Positions 16,743 through 26,359 of a stretch of DNA of 34,158 nucleotides are shown here, in pieces (the stretch's first letter is position 1; each line of letters opens with the position of its first letter). Source of the DNA: a virus (taxonomy: Duplodnaviria; Caudoviricetes); IMG/VR virus record IMGVR_UViG_3300038530_003368, positions 1 to 34,158 of that record; one strand, 5' to 3'. A program made the position numbers and the translations under genes. The notes below the pieces were generated by a model. That model did not search any database. It worked only from the letters and a program-made list of their open reading frames with translations, and was not told where the DNA came from.

Positions 16743-19544
16743 TTATATTCTTCCTGATATTCTTTTTTTCCCAACAGCAAAATTTGCTGATGGTCTAATT
16801 GTTACTTTTGCAAAATTCATTGGCCACATTTGCAATCCATTAGCAGGTGCTTTTGACATAGCTACATGTATATCTTCTGCTTCAAAACCTTCATGAACTA
16901 AATCATGGTCGTTAAAATGATAACCAAATCTTAAATAGTAACTTGTGTATTGAGGCTGTACTGTTAATATTTTTGTTTCAAAAGCTCCAATTGCATCTGT
17001 AGTGTGTTGCACGTATTCTATAAAACCATTATATAGTTTTCCTTGAGCTTGCGTACTATTTTTTAAATCTGCTGTTTCGTTTGAATCATCTAAATCTAGA
17101 TTATCTTGATAAAATATATGATTATTAGAGTTAACATCATATTCATTAGCGCCATATTTTGCGTTAAAAGCATACGCTGCTATTAGATGAGGTGGAGAAG
17201 ATGAGTCAACCCCTCTACTTGTTCCATCCCACTCTGTTTCATTTATTTTAATTACAGATTTTATTTTAACAGTACAGTTTGCTGGTACTTGAATTATACC
17301 AAAAGCGTTAGGATTACCACTCCATGCAGAAGCATATAAGTCACGAGCGTAGCCTTTTAAATTTTTAAATCTTGTTATATTGTAATATATAAATACTTTT
17401 TCACTTTCTTTAAACCCTTGTTCACTAAAACAACAAACAGCTTTCCAACCAGTACCGCCTCTATATAAAGCTTGATGACCACTCGCGTGATTTAAAACAA
17501 CATTTGGGTATTTTCTACCAATAGAACCTGTTTTATATATACTAGAAGTTGCATCCCAAGAATTAGGATATATTTTAGAATCATATACATGGAAATTACT
17601 AACACTATCAGCTATATACGTTGCTTGACTAAATTTATCGGCAAAAAATCTTTTGTAATGAGGGCCTACGGTGCTTCCTCCAAAATAAAAAGCATACCCA
17701 CGTTGATTTTCACTTCTTAAATAAGCAACCAATGTTTGGTCGTTTTGTCTGCCAAGATTATGAAATAAAAAACCATAATCTTCAGAACTGTAACCCTGCA
17801 TATATGAGTATTCATTAGCATATTCATACGCAGCTTCATAAGACATGTTAGAATAATTACAGTGTGCTGTTATATGTCCATGTGATTTTACAAAGTATTG
17901 TGAACTCCAATGCCAAATACCTCTACCTGCTCCAACTACTATATGATTTCTATTAACCATACCATAAGGGTGTCTTACAGTTATACCAATATAAGTTTCA
18001 CCATCCCTATCATCATTACCAGCATGGTTGTATGCTGTAAAACTACATCCATCTAAATAGTTTTCACCTGTTTGCGTAATACCGTTACTATTATGTATTG
18101 TTGTATTGTCTGCGGCACTACCTGTTGTAGATTTTCTGAAATAACCATTATAACCAGCTATATTTACACCTGACCTAAAATTTGTACCATCATTAGTGTT
18201 ATTACCTAACCCTATAAACTCTACATATTTTATTTTAACCCTTCTTGTTGGTGCGTTATTCCAACTGTTGTTTGTCCAATATTTTACATTAAAAAAGACT
18301 CTTGCTGTAGAGTTATCTGCATCAGCTATATCATTACCACTACTATCACAAGCTTTAATAACAATATCTCTTTTCATTTTTACAACAGGGTCACCTACTG
18401 CGCCATTAAAAATTATATCTCTATCAACGGTTATAGTTTTAGCACTAGAATCAACACTTGTTATTGTGTAGTTAGCTTTGAGCCTCCACTGCCCTTCATT
18501 AGCGCTTACCGAAGTGCTTCCAAAACCGCTAGCGCTGTAATAATAATCACCAACAAGATTACCACCAAGTTTATCAAAACTAGCATGTATATAAACTGTG
18601 TCGCCAGTTGAAAAATCAGTTACATCATTAAGTGTAATAGTCCTAAGATTAGTAGCACCTACGTATTCTGTTGCTATAGCGCTTGCAATTCTTCTGCAGA
18701 ATTTTCCATCTATGTGATATTTTTCGGTGCCAGTTTGGTATACTTTTGTGCCAATTAAGGAAGGGTCGTTGTCTACAGTACTACCAAAGGTTATGGTATT
18801 TTTGCTTATATCTGTGACACGTAGTACGTTTCTATTACTACCAGTACCAAATATTAAATAATAACCAACTCTAAATATTTCTGCATCCTCAGATATTGTT
18901 ATTGTAGAACCACTAACAGACTGTATTGTTGCTTCAGGGCCAACATATCTTCTAACATAAATCCTATCATTCGTAGTGTCTACGTCATGAACAAAAAAGC
19001 ATTCGTCATTTACAAGTGAAAAATCTTCTTCTCTTTTGTAAAGTGATATTCTATCGTTAGCCGCAAAATTTGAAGCGTCTGCTACTGATATGTATGTAGC
19101 GTCTGGCGCTTGATTACCATTAACAGTTGTTATTAAAGTTGGTTCGCTGCCATCTATCTGAACACCACACCATCTTCTACTATCAACCTGTATACCGTGT
19201 TGTGCAGCTTGGTCGCCTGAAATTTTTATTTCAGTACCACCGACCATACTAAGTAGCGAACCTGAAGTGCTAGTGCCTTCAACAAATTCGCCAGCAGTAT
19301 TGTTAGAGTTACTGGTATTTTTAACAGTCATCCGACCATGTAAGTGCATTTTACCACCATTAGCAAAATGTAAATTACCATCTATAGTAACGTCTCCTGT
19401 TCTTGTTGATTGTATATTTGAACTTAAAGTAACTTTGTGGCCATGCGCAATAACCACCAAGTCATCAGCGGCAGGAACAGAATTTCCTACCCACGTAGAT
19501 GCCGTAGCCCAATTTCCTGATGAATTACTCGTTATTGTCGCCAT
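16743..19544 (-). CDS. Tail spike/adhesin with G8-like N-terminal domain and probable beta-helix
   Basis: N-terminal SGNWATASTW...VP...DLVVIAHGHKVTL is G8-like; aromatic/Asn-rich C-terminal half; lies among fibre genes. Confidence 0.55.
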   Translation of the reverse strand: MATITSNSSGNWATASTWVGNSVPAADDLVVIAHGHKVTLSSNIQSTRTGDVTIDGNLHFANGGKMHLHGRMTVKNTSNSNNTAGEFVEGTSTSGSLLSMVGGTEIKISGDQAAQHGIQVDSRRWCGVQIDGSEPTLITTVNGNQAPDATYISVADASNFAANDRISLYKREEDFSLVNDECFFVHDVDTTNDRIYVRRYVGPEATIQSVSGSTITISEDAEIFRVGYYLIFGTGSNRNVLRVTDISKNTITFGSTVDNDPSLIGTKVYQTGTEKYHIDGKFCRRIASAIATEYVGATNLRTITLNDVTDFSTGDTVYIHASFDKLGGNLVGDYYYSASGFGSTSVSANEGQWRLKANYTITSVDSSAKTITVDRDIIFNGAVGDPVVKMKRDIVIKACDSSGNDIADADNSTARVFFNVKYWTNNSWNNAPTRRVKIKYVEFIGLGNNTNDGTNFRSGVNIAGYNGYFRKSTTGSAADNTTIHNSNGITQTGENYLDGCSFTAYNHAGNDDRDGETYIGITVRHPYGMVNRNHIVVGAGRGIWHWSSQYFVKSHGHITAHCNYSNMSYEAAYEYANEYSYMQGYSSEDYGFLFHNLGRQNDQTLVAYLRSENQRGYAFYFGGSTVGPHYKRFFADKFSQATYIADSVSNFHVYDSKIYPNSWDATSSIYKTGSIGRKYPNVVLNHASGHQALYRGGTGWKAVCCFSEQGFKESEKVFIYYNITRFKNLKGYARDLYASAWSGNPNAFGIIQVPANCTVKIKSVIKINETEWDGTSRGVDSSSPPHLIAAYAFNAKYGANEYDVNSNNHIFYQDNLDLDDSNETADLKNSTQAQGKLYNGFIEYVQHTTDAIGAFETKILTVQPQYTSYYLRFGYHFNDHDLVHEGFEAEDIHVAMSKAPANGLQMWPMNFAKVTIRPSANFAVGKKRISGRI

Positions 19545-19719
19545 CTACTATTAACTCGTTATATTGTTCTTGATATTGTGATACGTCTAGCGCTATCTCG
19601 AATAATAGTTTCTCGCTATTATCTACAATATTTGTTTCGTTTATAACAGCAACTATATCATCATCTTTTGTTAGCGTTAAAGTAGTATCTTCTTTATTAT
19701 ACTCTACTCTAATTATCAT
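19525..19719 (-). CDS. Small acidic hypothetical protein (possible fibre accessory)
   Basis: 64 aa, fills the gap between two fibre genes and overlaps the next by 20 nt. Confidence 0.55.
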   Translation of the reverse strand: MIIRVEYNKEDTTLTLTKDDDIVAVINETNIVDNSEKLLFEIALDVSQYQEQYNELIVDGDNNE

Positions 19720-19723
19720 TTAA

Positions 19724-21553
19724 TTACATTACTTTAGTAATAAGAACTCTATAATCGTCATCTGTAACAGAGCCTGCAAACTCAACTTTAATAGTACTAG
19801 TATCTGGTCTTGTTATATCTACATGAACTGTGTCAAATGTTGGAGTACCTGCTGAAATATCTACAACCTGTACAATTAAGTCTTGTGAGGCCAATCCATG
19901 TGTTACTGTATAAGTATTACTTGACTTAGTTACAGCGCTCTCATTTGCGTCTAAATCTACAGCAAATCCTGTTGCAGCAAGTGCAGCAGCAACACCAGCT
20001 GGAGTAACTGCTCTAACTGTGTCTGTACCTGTAGTCGCCTCTGTATTTGTTGCTAATTCTAGAGCTCCTCTTTTTGTTGTTGACCCTTGGACAACGTTAA
20101 ATTCTAATTGGTTGCTACCTGGGTTTGTTATTGTAACCCCACCATGCTCACTGGTTGTGCTTAAAAATTCTACGTTTTCACCACTTGTTACAGATGCTCC
20201 ACCTGTAGTAGCACTTCCATCTAATTTTAAGACCCATCCTCCATAATTATCTGCGTCTGCAGCACCTGAATACCCCAAATTAGCTAAAGTTAAGGTTCTT
20301 GATGTAAAAGATGTACAAACTCCATTAGTGAAATCCATAGTTTCTAAAACTACTGCACCGTCGAAATCAATATCACTATTAGTTCCGCTTGTTGGATTAA
20401 ACTCTCCTGTTATAGGGATATTGTAGAACGTAGAGCCATCACCAGTAAACTTCCATCTATCTGTTCCCTCATCGAAAAGAAGCGAAACATTAGTTGAAGT
20501 TCCTCTTTCTACTTCTATACCTGCATTTTGAGAAGGTGTGCCTGTTTCATCAGAATTTAATACTATAATATTATCACCAACTGAAACTGTATTTGAGTTT
20601 ACAGTGGTTGTTGTTCCGTTTACAGTAAGGTTACCACTAATCGTTATATTATCACTAAATGTTCTATCTCCACTGATTGAACTTTTTAAATCAAAAGTGA
20701 TTGCTTCACTTCCTTCAGTAGTTGTTTCTGAAATAGAAAGTGCTGCACCACTTGAACCTGCTGTAAATGTTACAGTGTCGTCATCACCAGAACTTGCGTC
20801 TAATTTTAAAACAGCTGTATTAGCACCTCCAGATTCTACTCTTAAATCATATGTTGTATCATCTTGGTCAGATGCTGGTATTGAAACGCTTTGAGTAGTT
20901 ACTCCAGTAATGTGACCTCTAGCATTAGAAGTTATTCCTGTTATTACATTAAAACTTCCTCCGTACCCAGGTGTTAAGGCTGAACCTGTTGTATTAGTTC
21001 TAGAAACATCTGCGTGGCCAATAGTTAGTTGGTCTGTTGCTGAAACTGTTGCTTCTATTTCATCACTTCGAGAAACAGTTAATGTGTTTCCTGAAGCAAT
21101 AGCTTGATTATTACCATCGTCATCTTCAATACTCCATCCTGAATACGATGAGATAGATTGTGTTGTTACTCCAGTTATTTGTCCTTGGGCGTTTACTGTA
21201 ATTCTTGGAACAGCTGTTGCGGAACCATGAGTCCCAGAAACACCAGAAATGTCTGCTAACCCTAGAGTTACAGAAAAGTCACCACTTGATGCTGAATCAG
21301 AACCTGATTCAACTTCTAAACCTGTTCCTGCCTGAACCGTTACAGATGAAATATCACCTGAACCATTTAAAGTTACCCATTGATTTGAGCTACCACCGTT
21401 GTGATACTTGATAGCATTGTCTGTAGAGTTGTATATCACTCTACCTTCATAATCCCCTCCCTGTAAATTTGGGTCTGAAGATACTACGTCGAGCTTTGCA
21501 TTTTTTAATTCTAGGTTTTCTAGAGATATATTGTGTAAAAATTTTATAGCCAT
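19724..21553 (-). CDS. Tail fibre protein
   Basis: 609 aa; ITVNAQGQIT, GNLTVNGTTTTVNS...DNIIVLN, AGIEVERG and ATNTEATTGTDTVRAVTP fibre motifs. Confidence 0.8.
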   Translation of the reverse strand: MAIKFLHNISLENLELKNAKLDVVSSDPNLQGGDYEGRVIYNSTDNAIKYHNGGSSNQWVTLNGSGDISSVTVQAGTGLEVESGSDSASSGDFSVTLGLADISGVSGTHGSATAVPRITVNAQGQITGVTTQSISSYSGWSIEDDDGNNQAIASGNTLTVSRSDEIEATVSATDQLTIGHADVSRTNTTGSALTPGYGGSFNVITGITSNARGHITGVTTQSVSIPASDQDDTTYDLRVESGGANTAVLKLDASSGDDDTVTFTAGSSGAALSISETTTEGSEAITFDLKSSISGDRTFSDNITISGNLTVNGTTTTVNSNTVSVGDNIIVLNSDETGTPSQNAGIEVERGTSTNVSLLFDEGTDRWKFTGDGSTFYNIPITGEFNPTSGTNSDIDFDGAVVLETMDFTNGVCTSFTSRTLTLANLGYSGAADADNYGGWVLKLDGSATTGGASVTSGENVEFLSTTSEHGGVTITNPGSNQLEFNVVQGSTTKRGALELATNTEATTGTDTVRAVTPAGVAAALAATGFAVDLDANESAVTKSSNTYTVTHGLASQDLIVQVVDISAGTPTFDTVHVDITRPDTSTIKVEFAGSVTDDDYRVLITKVM

Positions 21554-21567
21554 TTTATGTTCTTTTT

Positions 21568-22275
21568 TTAGTTAAAATAAGCATCACCTGATGCTGGGTT
21601 TATAAATGTTATAGTTACGTTGTTTAAATCTACATAATCTACTAATCCTACAACCTTTTCACCGCTACTATCCACAACGGTTACACTAGGTTTTTTATTC
21701 AGACCATGATTCATGCTCCAAGTTGTAGCTGGTGTTGCTTGATTTATAACTTTGTTTTTATCTCTGTAGTCATCAAATCTAAACAACAACAAAGATATTA
21801 AATAATCTTTTTCGTTTTCTAAGGTACCATTGCCACCTTTAAAAGTAAGTGCAATATCGTATACATTTGTATCGCTTGAGTTTTGTGTTGAACTATTCCA
21901 GTCAAAAACACCAAACTGAGAAGGGTCATCTGATTTCTGTATTAAAACGAGACTTCCTTCTATAGCTTCGTAAAAAGCTGGTAATTCGGTTTCTGATAAA
22001 TCTTGTTTATGTAACTGTAGATTGTTGATAATAGAAAATTTTGGAGTGTCTCCTTGGTCTACAGTAAATCTTAAAAAACCATATGTTTGACTGGATGATG
22101 GTCTTATATATTTGAATCTTGAACCTGCAATATCTATTTTTCCATTTCTATTTAAAAAATCTATTATATCTGATATTTTATAGTTTCTAGTTATCGTGCC
22201 TGCTGAATCCGTACCAATAACTTTGTCATTCGCAGTTACATCAGAATCTAACGCATATGTACTAATTCGAGCCAT
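21568..22275 (-). CDS. Virion/tail-fibre-associated protein
   Basis: 235 aa; C-terminal W..NHGL...PSVTVVD domain typical of fibre modules. Confidence 0.55.
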   Translation of the reverse strand: MARISTYALDSDVTANDKVIGTDSAGTITRNYKISDIIDFLNRNGKIDIAGSRFKYIRPSSSQTYGFLRFTVDQGDTPKFSIINNLQLHKQDLSETELPAFYEAIEGSLVLIQKSDDPSQFGVFDWNSSTQNSSDTNVYDIALTFKGGNGTLENEKDYLISLLLFRFDDYRDKNKVINQATPATTWSMNHGLNKKPSVTVVDSSGEKVVGLVDYVDLNNVTITFINPASGDAYFN

Positions 22276-22292
22276 GTAGTTTTATTATATTG

Positions 22293-22300
22293 CAAAGATA
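22293..22300 (-). promoter_or_regulatory. -7 promoter element TATCTTTG for the tail fibre operon
   Basis: TAnnTTTG, intergenic, 17 nt upstream of the ATG at 22275. Confidence 0.65.
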
Positions 22301-22318
22301 ATATTTTTAATAAAATGT

Positions 22319-22453
22319 TTATCTGCCTTGACCTCTATAACTCTTAAGATAATTTACTGACGACTTTACTTTAGAAGTTTTAGTTTTTGCATGAACGCCA
22401 GGTCTTTTTTTTCTGTTTGCCCTTACGTATGGTTTATAGATAATCTTTGGCAT
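22319..22453 (-). CDS. Small basic protein ending in YRGQGR (44 aa)
   Basis: Below the track cutoff: MPKIIYKPYVRANRKKRPGVHAKTKTSKVKSSVNYLKSYRGQGR; TAATG overlap with the holin stop. Confidence 0.75.
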   Translation of the reverse strand: MPKIIYKPYVRANRKKRPGVHAKTKTSKVKSSVNYLKSYRGQGR

Positions 22454-22914
22454 TACTTCTTTTTTATTAAGCTAGTTGCCTTTTCAGTTGTACGCCCTCC
22501 GAAGTAGGCTAGAACGACGGCCATCATGACCTTCTCAAAAGTATCGTTCCATGTTACCCCTATATTAAAAGGTATTGACTCAACACTATCTAAAATACCA
22601 GCTAATGAAAATATCGTAATACACCATACTAAAACAAGTGGCCTTACGTTTTTACTAAGCCATGAATCGCTATTAGCGTCTGCTTGCCACCTGTTTGTTA
22701 TGGCTTCAATTTCTTTGTTTTGCTGGTCATATATAAGTTGCTGTAGTTTTATTTTATCCTCTGTAGATACATCGGCTTTAGAGATAGCTGCTATAGCTTC
22801 TTTCGGACTAGTAACTCCTTCTAAAACACTACCAAGTGTTGGGTTTATCATTCCTGCAGCTCCTAATAAAAGTTTGCCTACAGTTGTGTCTTTAAACTTC
22901 TTTTTTTCACTCAT
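22453..22914 (-). CDS. Holin (3TM/GTA-type)
   Basis: RWQAD..SDSWLSKNVRP motif, two hydrophobic segments, YFGGRT.EK; adjacent to the endolysin. Confidence 0.75.
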   Translation of the reverse strand: MSEKKKFKDTTVGKLLLGAAGMINPTLGSVLEGVTSPKEAIAAISKADVSTEDKIKLQQLIYDQQNKEIEAITNRWQADANSDSWLSKNVRPLVLVWCITIFSLAGILDSVESIPFNIGVTWNDTFEKVMMAVVLAYFGGRTTEKATSLIKKK

Positions 22915-23384
22915 ATCACCATATATTTTGTTTTCCCATTTTTATCTTTGTAAGCCTTCAAACATCTATTCCTATTCTTATCCTTACTTACATAGCTTAC
23001 GTGTATCCATGCTGGATTACCTCTTGGATACTCTGTTCCAAACTCCCATATTAGTTGGTCAAAATCTAAGTTTTCTCTTATGTAACCAAACATTTCTGCA
23101 TTTGTTTTGTATCCGAATACATCATCCAGGTCAATTGCTTGACCCTTGCAGTGTTGTGACTTGCCAGTTCCTCCAACTGCTCGATTTACAGCTTCTGACC
23201 TGAAAAAACTATTTATTTTTATAGGCCCTGCAGCCCACTCTCTTAACGGTTGAAAAACCATTTCTGCAACAGTCATCATAGCCGCTATCTGTTTATCATT
23301 TGGAGTATTGTCTAATCCTTTTCTTTTTGCTGTGTTTGAATGCACAGCTTCGTTATACGATATGTTTTTTGATATCTTTTCCAT
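22911..23384 (-). CDS. Endolysin, peptidase M15A family
   Basis: INSFFRS..VN.AVGG...SQHCKGQAID and WIHVSY Zn-ligand motifs. Confidence 0.88.
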   Translation of the reverse strand: MEKISKNISYNEAVHSNTAKRKGLDNTPNDKQIAAMMTVAEMVFQPLREWAAGPIKINSFFRSEAVNRAVGGTGKSQHCKGQAIDLDDVFGYKTNAEMFGYIRENLDFDQLIWEFGTEYPRGNPAWIHVSYVSKDKNRNRCLKAYKDKNGKTKYMVI

Positions 23385-23676
23385 CTATAATTTTTTTTAA
23401 TTTAATTATACATTTTATCACCACTCCTCCTAGTGTAGTAGCAATCAAGTCCCTAGTATCAAATTTTCCATACTTAATATAGTCATAAGTTTCTTTAGCA
23501 AATCCTGCTACAAAAGCAGAAGTTACTTCAGGAAAATTTATTTCATTTGCTACAGACGCACTTGTTGCCCCTGCTGCAAAATGATAATACTTATCGGTTC
23601 CAATAGTTTGTGAACTAGCACAACCCACAAGAACCGCCACAAATAGGACAGTTAAAACTACACATACTTTTTTCAC
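23353..23676 (-). CDS. Predicted lipoprotein, YfiM/DUF2279-like
   Basis: Lipobox LVGC after a hydrophobic stretch; DK..HF..G, KE..D and D..AT..G motifs; GTG start. Confidence 0.6.
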   Translation of the reverse strand: MKKVCVVLTVLFVAVLVGCASSQTIGTDKYYHFAAGATSASVANEINFPEVTSAFVAGFAKETYDYIKYGKFDTRDLIATTLGGVVIKCIIKLKKIIDGKDIKKHIV

Positions 23677-23679
23677 ATT

Positions 23680-23916
23680 TTATTTACTGGAAGACTTTCT
23701 TCCTTTTCTTTTTCTGCCTTTTACAGCATCATCAATATCACCAATTTGGTTTCCTACCTCTTTGATAGCAACAGCAACATCTGCTAATTCTTGTGCTGTA
23801 AGCTTATATCTTCTTTTGATTTCTTTTACAGTTGCAACAGCTTTTTCATCAACTGTTGTTTTACTCCATAAAAGAGTCCATACATCTTTCCAATATTGTT
23901 TTGTCAATTTCCACAT
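23680..23916 (-). CDS. Hypothetical protein with Trp-rich amphipathic N-terminus
   Basis: 78 aa, tightly packed in the operon. Confidence 0.65.
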   Translation of the reverse strand: MWKLTKQYWKDVWTLLWSKTTVDEKAVATVKEIKRRYKLTAQELADVAVAIKEVGNQIGDIDDAVKGRKRKGRKSSSK

Positions 23917-23918
23917 AA

Positions 23919-25163
23919 TTATAATCTTATATTAATTCCTGCTGAGGACATAAATAGCTCTGAATCCCAAAACTTAGTATACTCTCCTTCAAAAAAGAAT
24001 CCTAAATTTTTTGATATCTTCCATCCAAATATGATACCGCCTTGGTAATCAGACCATTGTTCTGGACTAGAGTCTTGTCTTAATCCACCTAATCCCCAAT
24101 TATTTCTATTTAAATAACTAAAATCCTCGTCGCCCATCACGTATTTATGGTGTGGTAAAATCCAACTACCGTACGCGTGTAACCAGAATTTTCTTTTGTA
24201 ATGATAAAAATCAAATCCAACTATAGGAGCAACTTCACCGTAACCGTCAAGCTGGTCAAAGATTTCATCATTATATCTATTCATTAGGTCTCCAAAAATT
24301 CTATCTCTAAAATCTCTGTCACCGTATGCAACTATATTACCGTCTGGGTCTCTCCATATCCAATCAAAAAACTCCTCGCCTGTTGCTTCGTTAGTAAAAG
24401 TTGTTGGTTCATCTGTATACCCATACTCATAACCCAGGCTATACCATGGGTTTGCTGGATATTCTATGATTTCTCCTGTTTGTGGATTTGTCCACGTTTC
24501 ACTTTCATTAAGCCATATTTCAATTGGATTATACCCATAGGCGCGCTCATGAGTACGAAAGATAGCACCAGCAGATATACTAAACTTTTTACCAATAGGT
24601 AATCTTAATCTTGCCTCTGCTGATTGATATTTGAAATCTAAGTTTCCCCTTTCTCGTTGCTCTAGCTTTATAATATGATAATTACCTGTGTGCCTAATAA
24701 AATATCTAGAGTTAGTAAACACAAAACCTCTTTCTCTTTCTTTCTCCCAATGCAACAAATATTCAAACCCTTTCACTGCAGCAGTAGGGGCAGATAAACT
24801 TTTGTTGTTTTCTAAGCCATCATAATAATGCTTAGCTTTCATCTCATACCCAAATCTTGCTAGTTTTCTAAAACCAAATCCATATCTGTAGTCAAAAGGA
24901 TGATATATAGTTTCATCTATCACCTGTGGTACGTCGTATAAATCGTCAGGATTTGTTCTGATAAAATAATCTAATCTTTCAGGTACATTAGAAGACCTAG
25001 CGTCACCTGCAACATATAAAGTTCCATATTTGAAAACTTCATTATATATTGCTTTAAAAATACTATTTTTTTGTCTTACCTTTTTTACTTTTTCTTGCAC
25101 AACTACTTGAGCAAAAACAGAATGCGATAAAAACAATATGATAATTAATAATAATTTTTTCAT
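23919..25163 (-). CDS. Secreted protein, predicted outer-membrane beta-barrel
   Basis: Signal peptide MKKLLLIIILFLSHSVFA|Q; many alternating amphipathic strands (YRYGFGFRK, FSISAGAIFR, IVGFDFYHY, LGFFFEGEY, SAGINIRL). Confidence 0.6.
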   Translation of the reverse strand: MKKLLLIIILFLSHSVFAQVVVQEKVKKVRQKNSIFKAIYNEVFKYGTLYVAGDARSSNVPERLDYFIRTNPDDLYDVPQVIDETIYHPFDYRYGFGFRKLARFGYEMKAKHYYDGLENNKSLSAPTAAVKGFEYLLHWEKERERGFVFTNSRYFIRHTGNYHIIKLEQRERGNLDFKYQSAEARLRLPIGKKFSISAGAIFRTHERAYGYNPIEIWLNESETWTNPQTGEIIEYPANPWYSLGYEYGYTDEPTTFTNEATGEEFFDWIWRDPDGNIVAYGDRDFRDRIFGDLMNRYNDEIFDQLDGYGEVAPIVGFDFYHYKRKFWLHAYGSWILPHHKYVMGDEDFSYLNRNNWGLGGLRQDSSPEQWSDYQGGIIFGWKISKNLGFFFEGEYTKFWDSELFMSSAGINIRL

Positions 25164-25166
25164 GTT

Positions 25167-25511
25167 TTAAAATTTACTTTCTATTATTTCTTGAATTCTG
25201 CTATTAATAGCTTCTTCTGTGTCGTCTGGAAGTTTTAGGGATATTCCAGATTCTATCCTATATATTTCTTCACCGTCATGATATAAAACGATGGTAGGTA
25301 AGTATTTAATATTTTCTTCATCAAAGATTTTTTTATCTTTTGTTATATCAAATCTATAAGTATAACAATCATCAAAAACCTTTAATGATATTTCGTTTGC
25401 TTTTGTAAATGGTGCACTAAATTGTACGACTGATATATCGTCTTTCCAACTTTGACTAAATAATGAATTTGATATAAATAAAAAAACTATAATATTAACT
25501 AAAGACCTCAT
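25167..25511 (-). CDS. Secreted thioredoxin-fold protein lacking CxxC
   Basis: Signal peptide ending LFS|Q; VVQFSAPF in place of VDFWAPWCxxC; cis-Pro motif IKYLPTIVLYHDGEE retained. Confidence 0.65.
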   Translation of the reverse strand: MRSLVNIIVFLFISNSLFSQSWKDDISVVQFSAPFTKANEISLKVFDDCYTYRFDITKDKKIFDEENIKYLPTIVLYHDGEEIYRIESGISLKLPDDTEEAINSRIQEIIESKF

Positions 25512-25813
25512 CTTTTTTTGCTTATATCATAAAGCCTTTCATCAATTTTGTCTAGTTTATCCTTCATCTCCTTTACATCTTCTTTAACAGAGTTTACATC
25601 TAACTCTATTTTTTCGACTGTACTTCTAACTAATTCATCTTTATATTGAAATTCTATTTGGCTTACCTCTGGCGCAGGTAACTCTTTTGCTTCTTGTATT
25701 TGTGCTTGAAGTGTGAAATATGTTCCAGCTAACATAACTGCACCACCTATTATCATTCCTATTGTTTTAAGGTCTAGCTGCACATTAGTGTCTTCTGAAA
25801 TCTTTGTTGCCAT
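25508..25813 (-). CDS. Single-TM coiled-coil membrane protein
   Basis: TM segment IGMIIGGAVMLAGTYFTL followed by heptad repeats. Confidence 0.65.
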   Translation of the reverse strand: MATKISEDTNVQLDLKTIGMIIGGAVMLAGTYFTLQAQIQEAKELPAPEVSQIEFQYKDELVRSTVEKIELDVNSVKEDVKEMKDKLDKIDERLYDISKKR

Positions 25814-26103
25814 TACTTTTTCTTTTTATTAATATTGTATCTTTTCTTAAACTCCTCAATTCTTTCATTTTTTGGTCTTAGTGTGTCGCCTAATTGAAAC
25901 ATGAATGGAATCTTGTTATAATTTTCTTGTGATGTAGTATCTATAAATGTTTTAAATTCTTCTTCTTTCAAAGGTATGCTTGGTAAGTTGTGATAGTTTT
26001 TAAATTTTGGTGGGTCAGTAGACGTTGTGTCCGTTGATTTGGAAACGCCTAGTTTATCAATTAGTGAATTTTTAAAACTTATTTTGTTATAATCAAATGC
26101 CAT
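25813..26103 (-). CDS. Hypothetical protein
   Basis: 96 aa, coupled to both neighbours. Confidence 0.6.
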   Translation of the reverse strand: MAFDYNKISFKNSLIDKLGVSKSTDTTSTDPPKFKNYHNLPSIPLKEEEFKTFIDTTSQENYNKIPFMFQLGDTLRPKNERIEEFKKRYNINKKKK

Positions 26104-26104
26104 A

Positions 26105-26350
26105 TTATTTCTTTTTACCTCCCCCTCTGGCTCTGTTGGTTTTTTGTCTTTCTAAAACCAATCTACTTCCTCGGTGGGAACAATCCATTTTATCTCCTTT
26201 ACGAGACTTTTTACTTTTTCTATTAAATCGATTACATTCAACTCTCTTTCGCACAGCTTCTTTTTTCTTCTGTGCTTTAGCACTTGTCTTTCTGTGCTTT
26301 TTCCTTGCTTCAGGATTCTCTCTGTAATATCTTGCCGTTCTTCCTAACAT
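26105..26350 (-). CDS. Small basic protein with degenerate HNH-like motif
   Basis: KGDKMDCSH...TNRAR resembles the GDGKDVxH...NRxR pattern of small phage HNH-like proteins. Confidence 0.55.
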   Translation of the reverse strand: MLGRTARYYRENPEARKKHRKTSAKAQKKKEAVRKRVECNRFNRKSKKSRKGDKMDCSHRGSRLVLERQKTNRARGGGKKK

Positions 26351-26359
26351 AGCTTCCTT

